Below are positions 30,781 through 40,325 of a DNA stretch of 64,000 bases, one piece after another; the first letter of the stretch is position 1; each line of letters starts with the position of its first letter. Source of the stretch: Nitrospirota bacterium. GTDB lineage: Bacteria; Nitrospirota; UBA9217. Under the pieces are notes generated by a model. The model did not search any database, had not been told where the DNA came from, and saw nothing but the letters and a program-made list of their open reading frames with translations. The position numbers were made by a program, and so were the translations under genes. Location of the stretch: NCBI GenBank assembly GCA_963818475.1, contig CAWFSF010000006.1, forward strand, positions 2,144,001 to 2,208,000. The letters run 5' to 3'.

Positions 30781-31623
30781 CTATCGGCTGATATCGTCTT
30801 TGTGCAACCGTTCCAGCACTTCACTGAGCACCCAGTCGGGGGTGGACGCCCCTGCGGTCACGCCTATCTTTCGGGCGCCCTGAAACCACTCCTGCCGGAT
30901 CTCCCCGGCGACCTCGATGTGATGCGTCGGTTTTCCCTCCTGCCGGCATATGGAGGCAAGCCTGCTCGTATTGGCGCTGTTCCTCCCTCCCACAACGAGC
31001 ATGACGTCAACCTGTCTTGCAAGGATCTGTGCTGCATGCTGCCGTTCTGTTGTTGAATTGCAGATCGTGTTGTATACCTTTAATTCCTTGGAAACACGGA
31101 GCAATTTTAGCACAATTTCCGAGAAATTACCATAGGATTGCGTGGTTTGCGCCACAATGCCGATACGGTGCTGAAGCTTCTCCTCGTCCACATCCTGCAC
31201 GTTCTCGATCACAACGGCATTATTACCTGCATACCCGATGATGCTCTGGACCTCAGGGTGTTTCTTTTCACCGACCACAACCACCTGATAGCCTTCATCC
31301 CTGAGCGCCTCGGCATGACGCTGTGCCTTCCCCACAAAGGGGCAGGTAAGGTCGATGATCTTGAGTCCCTGTTTCTTCGCCTGCTCAAGAATGGACGGTG
31401 GCACGCCGTGCGACCTGATAATGAGGGAGTTTCCTTCCGTCAGGGTCGAAAAGTCATCAACGGTCTCCACCCCTGCCTTGCGCAGCCGATCGACTTCCTG
31501 CGGATTATGGATCAAGGGCCCGAGGCAGTATACGTTGCCCGTCGTCGCCGCCTCAAAAGCGGTATTGATCGCACGTTTGACGCCGAAACAGAACCCGGCC
31601 TTGTCCGCCAGAATGATCTCCAT
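30781..31623 (-). CDS. ispH: 4-hydroxy-3-methylbut-2-enyl diphosphate reductase
   Basis: AGFCFGVKRA, IHN, RSHG, TCPFV, HPEV, QTT, NTIC, SANT, TAGASTP. Confidence 0.96.
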   Translation of the reverse strand: MEIILADKAGFCFGVKRAINTAFEAATTGNVYCLGPLIHNPQEVDRLRKAGVETVDDFSTLTEGNSLIIRSHGVPPSILEQAKKQGLKIIDLTCPFVGKAQRHAEALRDEGYQVVVVGEKKHPEVQSIIGYAGNNAVVIENVQDVDEEKLQHRIGIVAQTTQSYGNFSEIVLKLLRVSKELKVYNTICNSTTERQHAAQILARQVDVMLVVGGRNSANTSRLASICRQEGKPTHHIEVAGEIRQEWFQGARKIGVTAGASTPDWVLSEVLERLHKDDISR

Positions 31624-31630
31624 GCTCAGT

Positions 31631-32317
31631 TCACATCCTTTTCCCGGCCAATTCCATCATAAAGTCGAGTACCTCATCGATGCTCATGGCGCTCGAATCG
31701 ATCACGTGAGCATCGGCCGCGGCCTTGAGCGGCGCGAGCTCACGCCCGCTGTCCTGACAATCCCGCTCCCGGATCTCGCGGGTGATCCGGTCCAGGTCCA
31801 CATCCATGCCTTTTTGCCTGAGTTCCCGGTACCGCCGCTGTCCCCGTTCTTCGGGACTGGCATCCAGAAAGAATTTCAGGTCAGCCTTCGGGAAAACGAC
31901 CGTGCCGATGTCCCGGCCATCCATCACGACCCCGCCGTGGCTGCCGAGTTCCCGCTGCAATCCCAGCAGCCGCGCCCTGACGGCAGGGGACTTTGAGACC
32001 GCGGAAGCCATCATTCCCATCTCCGGCGTGCGGATCTCTCCTGTCACATCGATGGCATCGACAATGATGCGGAGGTCGTTCTGGTCCGTGTCCGTCCTGA
32101 TCGTGACCTCCGTGCGGGCGCACAGTCCGGATAGCCCCTCCTCATCAGCAGCAGCGATCCCGTCGCGCTTCGCCTTCCAGCCGATTGCGCGGTACATGGC
32201 GCCAGTGTCAATATACGTGTACCCCAGTCGCTGCGCCAGCAGCCGCGCGACGGTGCTTTTTCCCGCGCCCGACGGTCCGTCGATCGCGATGACCAGGTCT
32301 TTTTTTTGTCCCTGCAT
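31631..32317 (-). CDS. cmk: cytidylate kinase
   Basis: IAIDGPSGAGKST, DTGAMYR, MDGRDIGTVVFP. Confidence 0.96.
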   Translation of the reverse strand: MQGQKKDLVIAIDGPSGAGKSTVARLLAQRLGYTYIDTGAMYRAIGWKAKRDGIAAADEEGLSGLCARTEVTIRTDTDQNDLRIIVDAIDVTGEIRTPEMGMMASAVSKSPAVRARLLGLQRELGSHGGVVMDGRDIGTVVFPKADLKFFLDASPEERGQRRYRELRQKGMDVDLDRITREIRERDCQDSGRELAPLKAAADAHVIDSSAMSIDEVLDFMMELAGKRM

Positions 32318-32373
32318 ATCACTCGTGCCGGCGTCGTACACTTCTGCGCCGGCCGCCGCAGCCGCTCCCTGTC

Positions 32374-33652
32374 CTACGGTTTACCGGCGGCGGCATCCTT
32401 TTCGCTGAGTTTTTTGTATGCCTCGGCCAGCCGCTCGAATTCACTCCTGGTCATGGGTGTTTTCAACATCTCGGTTATGGGTGCAACGCCCCGCTGATCG
32501 CCGAGCTTCGCAAAAGCCGTTCCTAATGCCCCTTCCAGGCCCATCCGCTTGGCCGGATCGTTCGCGATCACGAGAAGCGGCTCCAGCGCTCTGGTGTCCC
32601 GTGACTCTCCCAGTGCCAGGATGATGGTCCGCTTATCCCGATTGCCCGGGGCTTCAAGAAATTTCAGCAGTTCGTCCACGGCCCGCGGATCACGGGTGGT
32701 CCCCAGTATCTCAACGGCCGTATTCGAGACACTCACATCCGTACCCTGGGCAAGGCTGATCAGCGTACTGACCGGCTTCCAGTCGGCGTCGGCAATGGAG
32801 CGGATCACCGCGGACACCCGTATCATATCGAGCTTGGTCAGTGCTTCAGAAAGCGGTTTTGCCGTATCCGCCTCCTGGAAGAAGGACAAGGCTCGCGCTG
32901 AAGAGACCCTGATCTTCTCATCCGGATCAAGCACACCGTGCATGAGTGCGGGAATAGAAATTACATCCTGCAGAACGCCGATGGCGAGCGCTGCTTCGCC
33001 GCACACTTCAGGCTTATCCAGGTCGTTATGGTACGAGAATCGGAAAAAGTCAAGGGCGCTGGGATCCTTCAGGTCGGAGAGCTTTCTCATGGCTTCGGTT
33101 CGCACCGAAAGATCGTTCTGCAGATTTGCCGCTGCAAATGCCAGCGCCCCCCCACCCGGGGTCTTGATCTTTTGTACGGCGGCGGTCATGTTTTTCAGCT
33201 CGTCCCAGTGCGTCAATCCCACTGCAGCCCGTGCCGATCCTGGCCGGCGCCGGCATGACGGTGATCGTTACGGAACGGGGGGGAAGCGGCGGCCTCCGGA
33301 ATCCGGACGGTTTGTCATCTTTGACATTGACCTCGAAGGTATTGTCCTTTTTGAGCTTCACAAAACAGGCGATAGCGCCGAAGCCGTACCGGTCCTCCCG
33401 GAGGATCTTTTCACCGTTCACCGTGAGCTCGAGCGAGTCGGTCCGTCCGGCAGCCGACTCACCGTTCTGGATCTTGATGAGATACAGGTCTTCTGATGCC
33501 TGAAAGGTCCGCGTATACTTATTCTGTTTGCCGTAGCGCTCCTTGACATCGAACACCTCCGGGCCGAAGATGTCCTTTTCAGCAGCCATCGCGGTCAACG
33601 AACAGAACAGGGTCATTGCGAGCACCCATGCCGCCGATTTCATTTTTACCAT
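32374..33652 (-). CDS. exported HEAT-repeat protein (frameshift near 33220)
   Basis: Signal peptide plus beta-rich N domain (ORF 33050..33652), then PBS-lyase-type HEAT repeats AALAIG, ILALGESRDTRALEPL (ORF 32374..33222). Confidence 0.7.
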
Positions 33653-33663
33653 GTTCTATCTCC

Positions 33664-34972
33664 TTACGCTTTCAATATGCCGTGCTGCTGCAGCAGCTGC
33701 CCGAAACCCGGGAACGACGTTTCGATCCAGGCCGTATCCTGCACCACGGTCTCGCCGCGCGCGGCCAGTCCGGCCACCGCAAGGGACATGGCGACCCGGT
33801 GATCGCCGTGGCTTTCGCAGAGCGACCCGGTCAGCGCATCGCTGCCACGGATCTCCATCCCGTCGGGACGCTCGGTGACCGCAGCACCGAGCTTTTTCAG
33901 CTCGTTCGCCATGGTCGCGATCCGGTCCGATTCTTTTACCCTGAGCTCGGCCGCATCCCGTATGATCGTGGTGCCGACGGCATAGGACGCGGCCACGGCC
34001 AGGATCGGGATCTCGTCAATGGCCCGGGGGACCAGATCGCCGGAAATCTCGACGGCGTGAAGTTTTCGATAACGTACGCGAATATCGGCCACCGGCTCAC
34101 CGGCCTGCTCTCTCCGGTTTTCGAGCGCAAGGTCGGCTCCCATGGCCAGCAAGATATCGACGATGCCGGTGCGCGTGACGTTCACGCCCACATTCCGCAC
34201 CACGAGATCCGACCCCGGCACGATCGACGCTGCCACCAGAAAGAACGCGGCTGACGAGATGTCGGCCGGGATGTCGAGCGTGCCCGTTGTTGTAAGCCGC
34301 TGCCTGCCCCGAAGCGTGACCCGGAGCCCCTCTTCCCGCACGTCGACGCCGAAGGACCTGAGCATCCGCTCTGTATGGTCCCGGGATTTTGACGGTTCGC
34401 TCACGGAGGTGTCGCCGTCCGCATAGAGGCCGCAGAGCAGGACCGCCGATTTTACCTGCGCGCTCGCCACGGGGCTCGTATAGTCCAGTGCTTTGATCCT
34501 TCCCGCGCGCTCCGCGGATCGCCAGGGGCGCCAGCTTCCCATTTGCGCGGCCGTCGATCGCTGCCCCCATGAGGCGGAGCGGTTCAACGATCCTGCCCAT
34601 GGGGCGTTTGGTCAGGTACTGATCGCCGGTCAGCACCGAGAAAAAATCCTGGCCCGCAAGCAGGCCGGCAAGGAGGCGCATGCCCGTTCCGGAGTTGCCG
34701 AGGTCGAGCACGCCAACAGGCTCAGACAGTCCGTCCAGGCCCTTCCCGTGGACCACCAGACGGCTCGAGCCGATCCCCTCGACGGGAATGCCGAGCATCT
34801 GAACCGCCCGCGCCGTATGCTGAGTGTCCTCCCCGGTCAGGAACCCGGTGATCTCGGTCGTACCGTCGGCAAGCGCTGCGAACAGGACCGAGCGGTGCGA
34901 TATCGATTTGTCTCCCGGCAGCGTGATCTCGCCCTTCAGGCCGTGCGACGGGTATACTCTGAGATCAGACAC
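33664..34972 (-). CDS. aroA: 3-phosphoshikimate 1-carboxyvinyltransferase (frameshift near 34510)
   Basis: PGDKSISHR, GNSGT, ASAQVKS, RDHTE, DISSA, LRVKESDR, DHR. Confidence 0.95.
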
Positions 34973-35835
34973 TAGCCCAGCCTCTTTCTGACGTCGCTCG
35001 AAGTTCGCAGGTGTTTTTCCAGACGGGGTTCATCTCCGGCAATGATCTCTCGTTTGAACTTGTTCAGCGAGAAGATATACCGGTCGATCATCGTGATGAG
35101 GTGGTCGCGGTTCATGAGACAGATATCCTTCCACATTTCCGGAGAGCTTGCCGCAATGCGGGTGAAATCACGAAAACCCGCGCCGGAGAACTGGAGGTAA
35201 TCCTCGGTCCCGGTGTTCAATTCCGCCACAGCGCACATCATGGCGAACGCCGCGACATGCGGGAGATGGCTCACCGCGGCAAAGACCTTGTCATGCAGGT
35301 CTGCGTCCATGACGACCACGTCCGCTCCCGCCGCGGTCCACAGGTCGCGCACGGCCTCCAGCGCCTTCCGGTCCGTGCGTTCCGTCGGAGTAAGGATGCA
35401 CCGACGGCCCTGGAACAGGGTCTCAATGGACTCGGCGACGCCGGACTTCTCCCTGCCGGCGATCGGATGGGCCGGGACATAATGGGCGCCAGGGGCGAGG
35501 TTTTCCTCGATGTCCTTGATGAGCTGCCCCTTGACGCTCCCGACATCGGTAAGGATCGCGCCGGGTTTTAGATGAGGCCCTATCTCGCGCACGATCTGCT
35601 TGAACGTTCCAACGGGCGAAGCGAGCACCACGAGATCGGCGTCCTCAACAGCCTGCGCAGAGCCCTGGCCCATGCGGTCGATCACGCCGATTTTGATCGC
35701 CGTCTCAAGCGTGCTCCTGTTCCTGCCCGCTCCCGTGATGCTGCCGGCAAGGCCTTTGAGCTTCATGACCCTGGCCAGCGATCCGCCGATAAGGCCTACG
35801 CCGATGATCGTTACCTTATTGAAGTGAATTGACAT
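34972..35835 (-). CDS. tyrA: prephenate/arogenate dehydrogenase
   Basis: GVGLIGGS, TDVGSVK, HPIAG.E, HD..SHLPH, FRDFTRIA. Confidence 0.94.
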   Translation of the reverse strand: MSIHFNKVTIIGVGLIGGSLARVMKLKGLAGSITGAGRNRSTLETAIKIGVIDRMGQGSAQAVEDADLVVLASPVGTFKQIVREIGPHLKPGAILTDVGSVKGQLIKDIEENLAPGAHYVPAHPIAGREKSGVAESIETLFQGRRCILTPTERTDRKALEAVRDLWTAAGADVVVMDADLHDKVFAAVSHLPHVAAFAMMCAVAELNTGTEDYLQFSGAGFRDFTRIAASSPEMWKDICLMNRDHLITMIDRYIFSLNKFKREIIAGDEPRLEKHLRTSSDVRKRLG

Positions 35836-35901
35836 GGGTTGTTTTTATGGTACGGCTGTAAGCGCATTTTGATGAACTCGCTCTAAGTCGCGTGATGGTA
35901 T

Positions 35902-36978
35902 CTATGCCTTTAGAATTGCTTCCAGCTCGGTCATGAACCGTTTGTTCTCTTCGGGCAGGCCGATCGTGACCCGGAGCCTGTTGCCGCCCATGGCTCTGAT
36001 GATCACGCCTTTCTTGAGAAGGCTGTTGTACACCTCACGGCCGTCGCGGCTGGTCTCGAACATGACAAAGTTCGTCTCCGTCGGGAAATAGGTTATGCCG
36101 AACTGGTCGAAGGATTGGCAGATAAAGCGCTTCCCTTCGATATTGTTCGCAACGGATTTTTCCACATGCTTGCGGTCCGCCAGGGCGGCCAGGGCGCCGA
36201 CCTGTGCCAGCGAATTCGTATTAAAGGGTTGCCGCACTTTGTTCATCAGTTCGGCGATCGCAGCGGTCGTGATGCCGTAGCCGATGCGCAGCCCTGCAAG
36301 GCCGTAGATCTTGGAGAAGGTCCGGAGCGCGAGCACATTCTTGTCAGCATGCAAATAGTCCAGGGAATCGGGATAATCAGCGTGCGTCACATATTCATAG
36401 TAGGCTTCGTCCACAGCCACCAGAACATGGTCCGGTACACGGGCCATGAACCGGTCCATTTCGATCTTCGTATTCATCGTGCCCGTCGGATTGTTCGGAT
36501 TGGCGATGAACACGATCCTGGTCTTATCCGTGATCCGTTCAGCCATGGCATCGAGGTCGTGCCGCCCATCCTTGAACGGCACGATAACATTCTTTCCGCC
36601 CGCCGCCTGGGTGACCATCTTATACACCACGAAGGACGGATCAGCCGAGATCACTTCATCCCCGGGCTGGACAAAGGTACGCACCACAAGCTCAAGGATT
36701 TCGTTCGAGCCATTGCCCAGGATGATCTGGGCGAGGTCGACATCATAATACTTGGCAAGCGCCTGGGAGAGATAAAAACCGCTGCCGTCAGGATATCGGT
36801 TCAATCCTTCCAATGCCTTTTTGACCGCCGCAACCGCCTTGGGCGACGGACCGAGGGGATTCTCGTTCGATGCCAGCTTGATGCTCCCGCTGATGCCAAG
36901 CTCCCGTTCGAGCTCTTCGATCGGCTTCCCCGGCACATAGGGTGTGATGCTTGTTATGTTTTCGGAAACAGGTATCAT
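35902..36978 (-). CDS. hisC: histidinol-phosphate aminotransferase
   Basis: KLASNENPLG, YPDG, NPNNPTG, DEAY, RTFSKIYGLAGLRIG. Confidence 0.95.
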   Translation of the reverse strand: MIPVSENITSITPYVPGKPIEELERELGISGSIKLASNENPLGPSPKAVAAVKKALEGLNRYPDGSGFYLSQALAKYYDVDLAQIILGNGSNEILELVVRTFVQPGDEVISADPSFVVYKMVTQAAGGKNVIVPFKDGRHDLDAMAERITDKTRIVFIANPNNPTGTMNTKIEMDRFMARVPDHVLVAVDEAYYEYVTHADYPDSLDYLHADKNVLALRTFSKIYGLAGLRIGYGITTAAIAELMNKVRQPFNTNSLAQVGALAALADRKHVEKSVANNIEGKRFICQSFDQFGITYFPTETNFVMFETSRDGREVYNSLLKKGVIIRAMGGNRLRVTIGLPEENKRFMTELEAILKA

Positions 36979-36997
36979 TATCGAACTCCGTTCTTCT

Positions 36998-37078
36998 ATT
37001 GCGGATTTCGGATTGCGGATTTCGGATTAAAATCTTTTGACCCGAAAAATCCGCAATCCGAAATCCGCAATCCGAAAT
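36998..37078. repeat. palindromic element with 7-nt periodic arms (ATTGCGG/ATTTCGG)
   Basis: ATTGCGG ATTTCGG ATTGCGG ATTTCGG ... AATCCGC AATCCGA AATCCGC AATCCGA. Confidence 0.88.
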
Positions 37079-37083
37079 AGTAA

Positions 37084-38157
37084 TTACCCGCTTTTCGGAT
37101 ACGATCCAAGTACCTTCAGGAACATGCAGTCCTGCCGCAAACGCTCGATCGCTGCCGCGACCTTCTCGTCTTCGATATGACCTTCCATGTCGACGAAGAA
37201 CACATAATCCCAGGCGTTCCGTCCTGAAGGACGGGCATCGAGCCGGTTCAGATTGATGCCTGCTGCGGCAAAGGGTGCGAGCATGGAATAGAGAGCCCCG
37301 ACCTTATCCTTGATCGAGAACATGATCGACGTCTTGTCGCGGCCGGTCTTGCCCGGCGATTTCGGGGCAATGACGAGAAACCGGGTGATATTCGTGGTGT
37401 TGTCCTCGATCTTTTTCCCTGCAATCTGAAGCCCGTACAGCACAGCGGCCATTTCACTGGCGATAGCCCCGACCGTATGGTCGTCAGCCGCCATTTCCGC
37501 GGCCCGGGCGGTACTCGGCGCTTCAAGGACCGGTACGCTGGGAAGGTTCTTCTCAAGCCACTGCCGGCACTGTGCGGCTGCGGGTGGGATCGTATAGATT
37601 TTGACGATATCCTCAAGTTTTCCGGATTTGTTCATGAGGTGCTGAGAAACCTCAAGTACGATCTCCGCCGATATCTTGAGATCTGAATCGATGAACATAT
37701 CATGGCTATAGATAACAGCCCCGGACGTGGTATTCTCGATGGGCACGACGCCGTAGTCAGCCCGGCCCCGTTCAACTTCCGTAAAAACGTCCTTAATGCT
37801 TTCCACTGACAGGTACTGTGCAGCCAGTCCGAACTGCTGCATCCCTGCCATGTGCGTAAAGGTCGCGCGCGGGCCGAGGTAAGCGACTTTCAGGGGACGT
37901 TCCAGGGACAAGGAGGACGACAGGATCTCGCGGTACACTGCCCGAAGGGTATCCTGGGGCAAAGGACCCTTGTTCCGGCTGGTCAAACGTTCGAGGATCT
38001 CCCGTTCCCTGCCGGGAACATGAAAATCAAGTTTTTCTGTCTTCTTGATATTGCCGACCTCAATGACGATCCGTGCGCGTTCGTTCAGGAGGTCGATCAG
38101 TTTATTATCGAGCTCGTCAATCTTTTTTCGGAGCTCCAGGATCTTTTGCATAGGCAT
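37084..38157 (-). CDS. pheA: chorismate mutase / prephenate dehydratase (P-protein)
   Basis: AroQ N-terminus LRKKIDELD; AYLGP, PIEN, NITRF, ACT domain, LGSYP. Confidence 0.95.
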   Translation of the reverse strand: MPMQKILELRKKIDELDNKLIDLLNERARIVIEVGNIKKTEKLDFHVPGREREILERLTSRNKGPLPQDTLRAVYREILSSSLSLERPLKVAYLGPRATFTHMAGMQQFGLAAQYLSVESIKDVFTEVERGRADYGVVPIENTTSGAVIYSHDMFIDSDLKISAEIVLEVSQHLMNKSGKLEDIVKIYTIPPAAAQCRQWLEKNLPSVPVLEAPSTARAAEMAADDHTVGAIASEMAAVLYGLQIAGKKIEDNTTNITRFLVIAPKSPGKTGRDKTSIMFSIKDKVGALYSMLAPFAAAGINLNRLDARPSGRNAWDYVFFVDMEGHIEDEKVAAAIERLRQDCMFLKVLGSYPKSG

Positions 38158-38188
38158 GGACCATAACCCACCTTTGAGGAAGTGTGGA

Positions 38189-38217
38189 ATTATAGTTTAT
38201 TTTTTAAGCAGTTGCAA
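38189..38217 (-). promoter_or_regulatory. sigma70 promoter of the pheA superoperon
   Basis: TTGCAA-N17-TATAAT on the minus strand. Confidence 0.6.
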
Positions 38218-38225
38218 GGGATTTT

Positions 38226-39033
38226 TCAGATCCGGCCGTGGTCTGATTTGCGGCAGGGAGAAACACGCGACGCCGCTTCAGGCAGCGTCTCCCTGGAGAG
38301 CAGGTGCCTGTGTTCGACGTCGCCAAGCGCGGCCAGGAGGCTGGCCTTGATCCCGGGCTGCTCGCGCTCCAGGGTGGAGAGAAGGTGTTTGATCCGGGAG
38401 CGCTTCAGGTCCTGGTCGCCGCAGGCGGGGCAGGCGCAGCAGGTAATGGGAAAACCCGCCCCTGAGGCGTAGCGAATGATCTCATCCTCGGGCACGTACA
38501 CCAGCGGCCGGATCACGATATTACGGCCGTCGTCTGCGGCGAGCAGCGGCGACATGGCCTTTATTTTGCCGTTGTAGAACTGGTTCAGCAGCAGCGTCTC
38601 GATAAAGTCTTCACGGTGGTGCCCAAGGGCGATCCTGGTGCAGTCGAGCTCCCGGGCCTGGGTATAGAGCACGCCGCGCTTGATGCGGGCGCAGAGCGAA
38701 CAGGGGGTATCGTCGGGCCCCAGTTTTTCGAGCATCAGTTCGTGGACCGGCGCCTGCACGATCCGATAGTCGTACCCCTGCTCCTGGAGATAGGCCTCCA
38801 TGAGGCTGGTCTGGAATCCCGGGAATCCGGGATGGACCGTGACCGCAACAATGCGAAAAACTGATCGGAGCCCGCTCCTGAAGCCGCGTAAGGACGCGCA
38901 GCAGGGTCCAGCTGTCCTTGCCGCCCGACAGGGCAACGAGGATCCGGTCATTGTTCTGTATGAGCCCGAAATCGCCGATGGCCTTGCCGACAAGCTTCCG
39001 GATACGGACTTCTCGGTAATCAGTTTTGCCCAT
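38226..39033 (-). CDS. ttcA: tRNA 2-thiocytidine(32) synthetase (frameshift near 38870)
   Basis: PP-loop ALSGGKDS, CSLCARIKRG, LGHHRED, IRPL, CACPAC. Confidence 0.9.
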
Positions 39034-39110
39034 GGACAAATCCTACGGAGTGGCGGTCAATAAGTCAATACCTTTATCCTAACCCGGACAAGCCGGAACC
39101 AAAAAGCCTT

Positions 39111-39295
39111 TTCACCACGAAGGGCACGAAGATCACGAAAAAGTTGAAAAAGACAAAATCAAAATATTGATTTTAACTTCGCGCGCTTCGTGTTCTTCGT
39201 GGTAAACTTTCTTGCCATTTTGAGAAAAATTTTATTCTTTAGTTACTAAAAGGACAGTTGGCCGCAGATATACGCAGATTTTCTCAGATAAAATC
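39111..39295. repeat. palindromic element with 9-nt CACGAA arms plus a solo CGCAGAT arm
   Basis: ACCACGAAGGGCACGAAGATCACGAA ... TTCGCGCGCTTCGTGTTCTTCGTGGT; GGCCGCAGATATACGCAGATTTTCTCAGAT. Confidence 0.8.
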
Positions 39296-39305
39296 GATCG
39301 CATAT

Positions 39306-39339
39306 AAAAAAGGCCCCGGAGAAATCTCCAGGGCCTTTT
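39306..39339 (-). terminator. intrinsic terminator (possibly bidirectional)
   Basis: AAAAAAGGCCC-CGGAGAAATCTCC-AGGGCCTTTT downstream of the 39360..39755 gene. Confidence 0.7.
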
Positions 39340-39359
39340 AAGAAAGATCGGGATCGGGT

Positions 39360-39755
39360 TTATCTTTTTTTCTTCGCCTTTTTCGAGGCTTTTTTCACGG
39401 CTTTCTTCGCGGCCTTTTTCTTCGCTGATTTCTTCACGGCTTTTTTAGCAGCCTTTTTTGCTGCTTTTTTCTTGGCAGGTTTTTTTGCCGCTTTTTTTGC
39501 TGCTTTCTTCACCGCTTTTTTTACTGCTTTCTTTTTGGCCGGTTTCTTTGCAGCCTTTTTCGCTGGTTTCTTCATGGCAGGCTTCTTCGGTGCTGCAGCC
39601 GGAACACCAAACTGCTCAGGCGCCTTCACGCTGGCGGCCTCCATGCCGCAGCAGTATATCGGCTCCTCGAACACATCGCCGGTCCTCGTTACATCGATCC
39701 TTCTGCCGCAGATCCTGCACTCATACTGCATAATCTTTTCGATACCCATTCGCAT
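39360..39755 (-). CDS. desulforedoxin-like metal-binding domain fused to a histone-H1-like Lys/Ala tail
   Basis: YECRICG..IYCCGME, then about 75 aa of KKAAKK/KKPAKK repeats; SD AAGGAGG (alternative start 39749). Confidence 0.78.
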   Translation of the reverse strand: MRMGIEKIMQYECRICGRRIDVTRTGDVFEEPIYCCGMEAASVKAPEQFGVPAAAPKKPAMKKPAKKAAKKPAKKKAVKKAVKKAAKKAAKKPAKKKAAKKAAKKAVKKSAKKKAAKKAVKKASKKAKKKR

Positions 39756-39870
39756 TCTCCTCCTTGGTAAGCTGATGACCCGCCGATGCGGGTGTGGTCA
39801 CTGATCAATGACGATAGCTTCGTGAGAATACTCGGAGAACCGCGCGTTCATGCAGTCTGCGCTTAATGTT

Positions 39871-39899
39871 ACTTTAGAATCATATTTATAAAATGTCAA
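39871..39899 (-). promoter_or_regulatory. putative sigma70 promoter
   Basis: TTGACA-N17-TAAAGT on the minus strand. Confidence 0.5.
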
Positions 39900-39932
39900 G
39901 AAATATGTCGTTTTTAGCGGTCTTTCGTGCGC

Positions 39933-40124
39933 CTACGACCACAGCCTCGGCTGTTTTTTGTTCGCCATGACCATGGCGCTCTTGATTCTGTCCGCCTGAT
40001 GCACTTCCCATATCTGCTCCATCCCCTCGATGGCGGAAAAGAGCGCCTCATCGGTTACTGCTCCGTCCCATTCCCTGGTTTCGGCCAGCCGGTACAGTTC
40101 CAGGATCACGTCATCGAGTTTCAT
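39933..40124 (-). CDS. small hypothetical protein
   Basis: Strong SD AAAGGAGA before ATG; 63 aa, helical. Confidence 0.55.
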   Translation of the reverse strand: MKLDDVILELYRLAETREWDGAVTDEALFSAIEGMEQIWEVHQADRIKSAMVMANKKQPRLWS

Positions 40125-40325
40125 AATATATCTCCTTTACATACAATAGGTTAAGACATGTTTCCTTGCACGGCGATGCCGCTCCAGGTGAAAAAAAACC
40201 GGGAGAAAACCCTCCCGGCTGATATATCATGCGTATGGCCTTTTCAAACTACGATACAGGGAGAGATCGTTCAAGAATGCCTCCGGACCATTTTGGGAAT
40301 GTATCGTACACTCCGCATTACGATG

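Noticed and set aside
39360-39590. Nucleotide tandem repeat / VNTR
   Set aside because: The periodicity comes from Lys/Ala codons of the H1-like tail, with varied synonymous positions.
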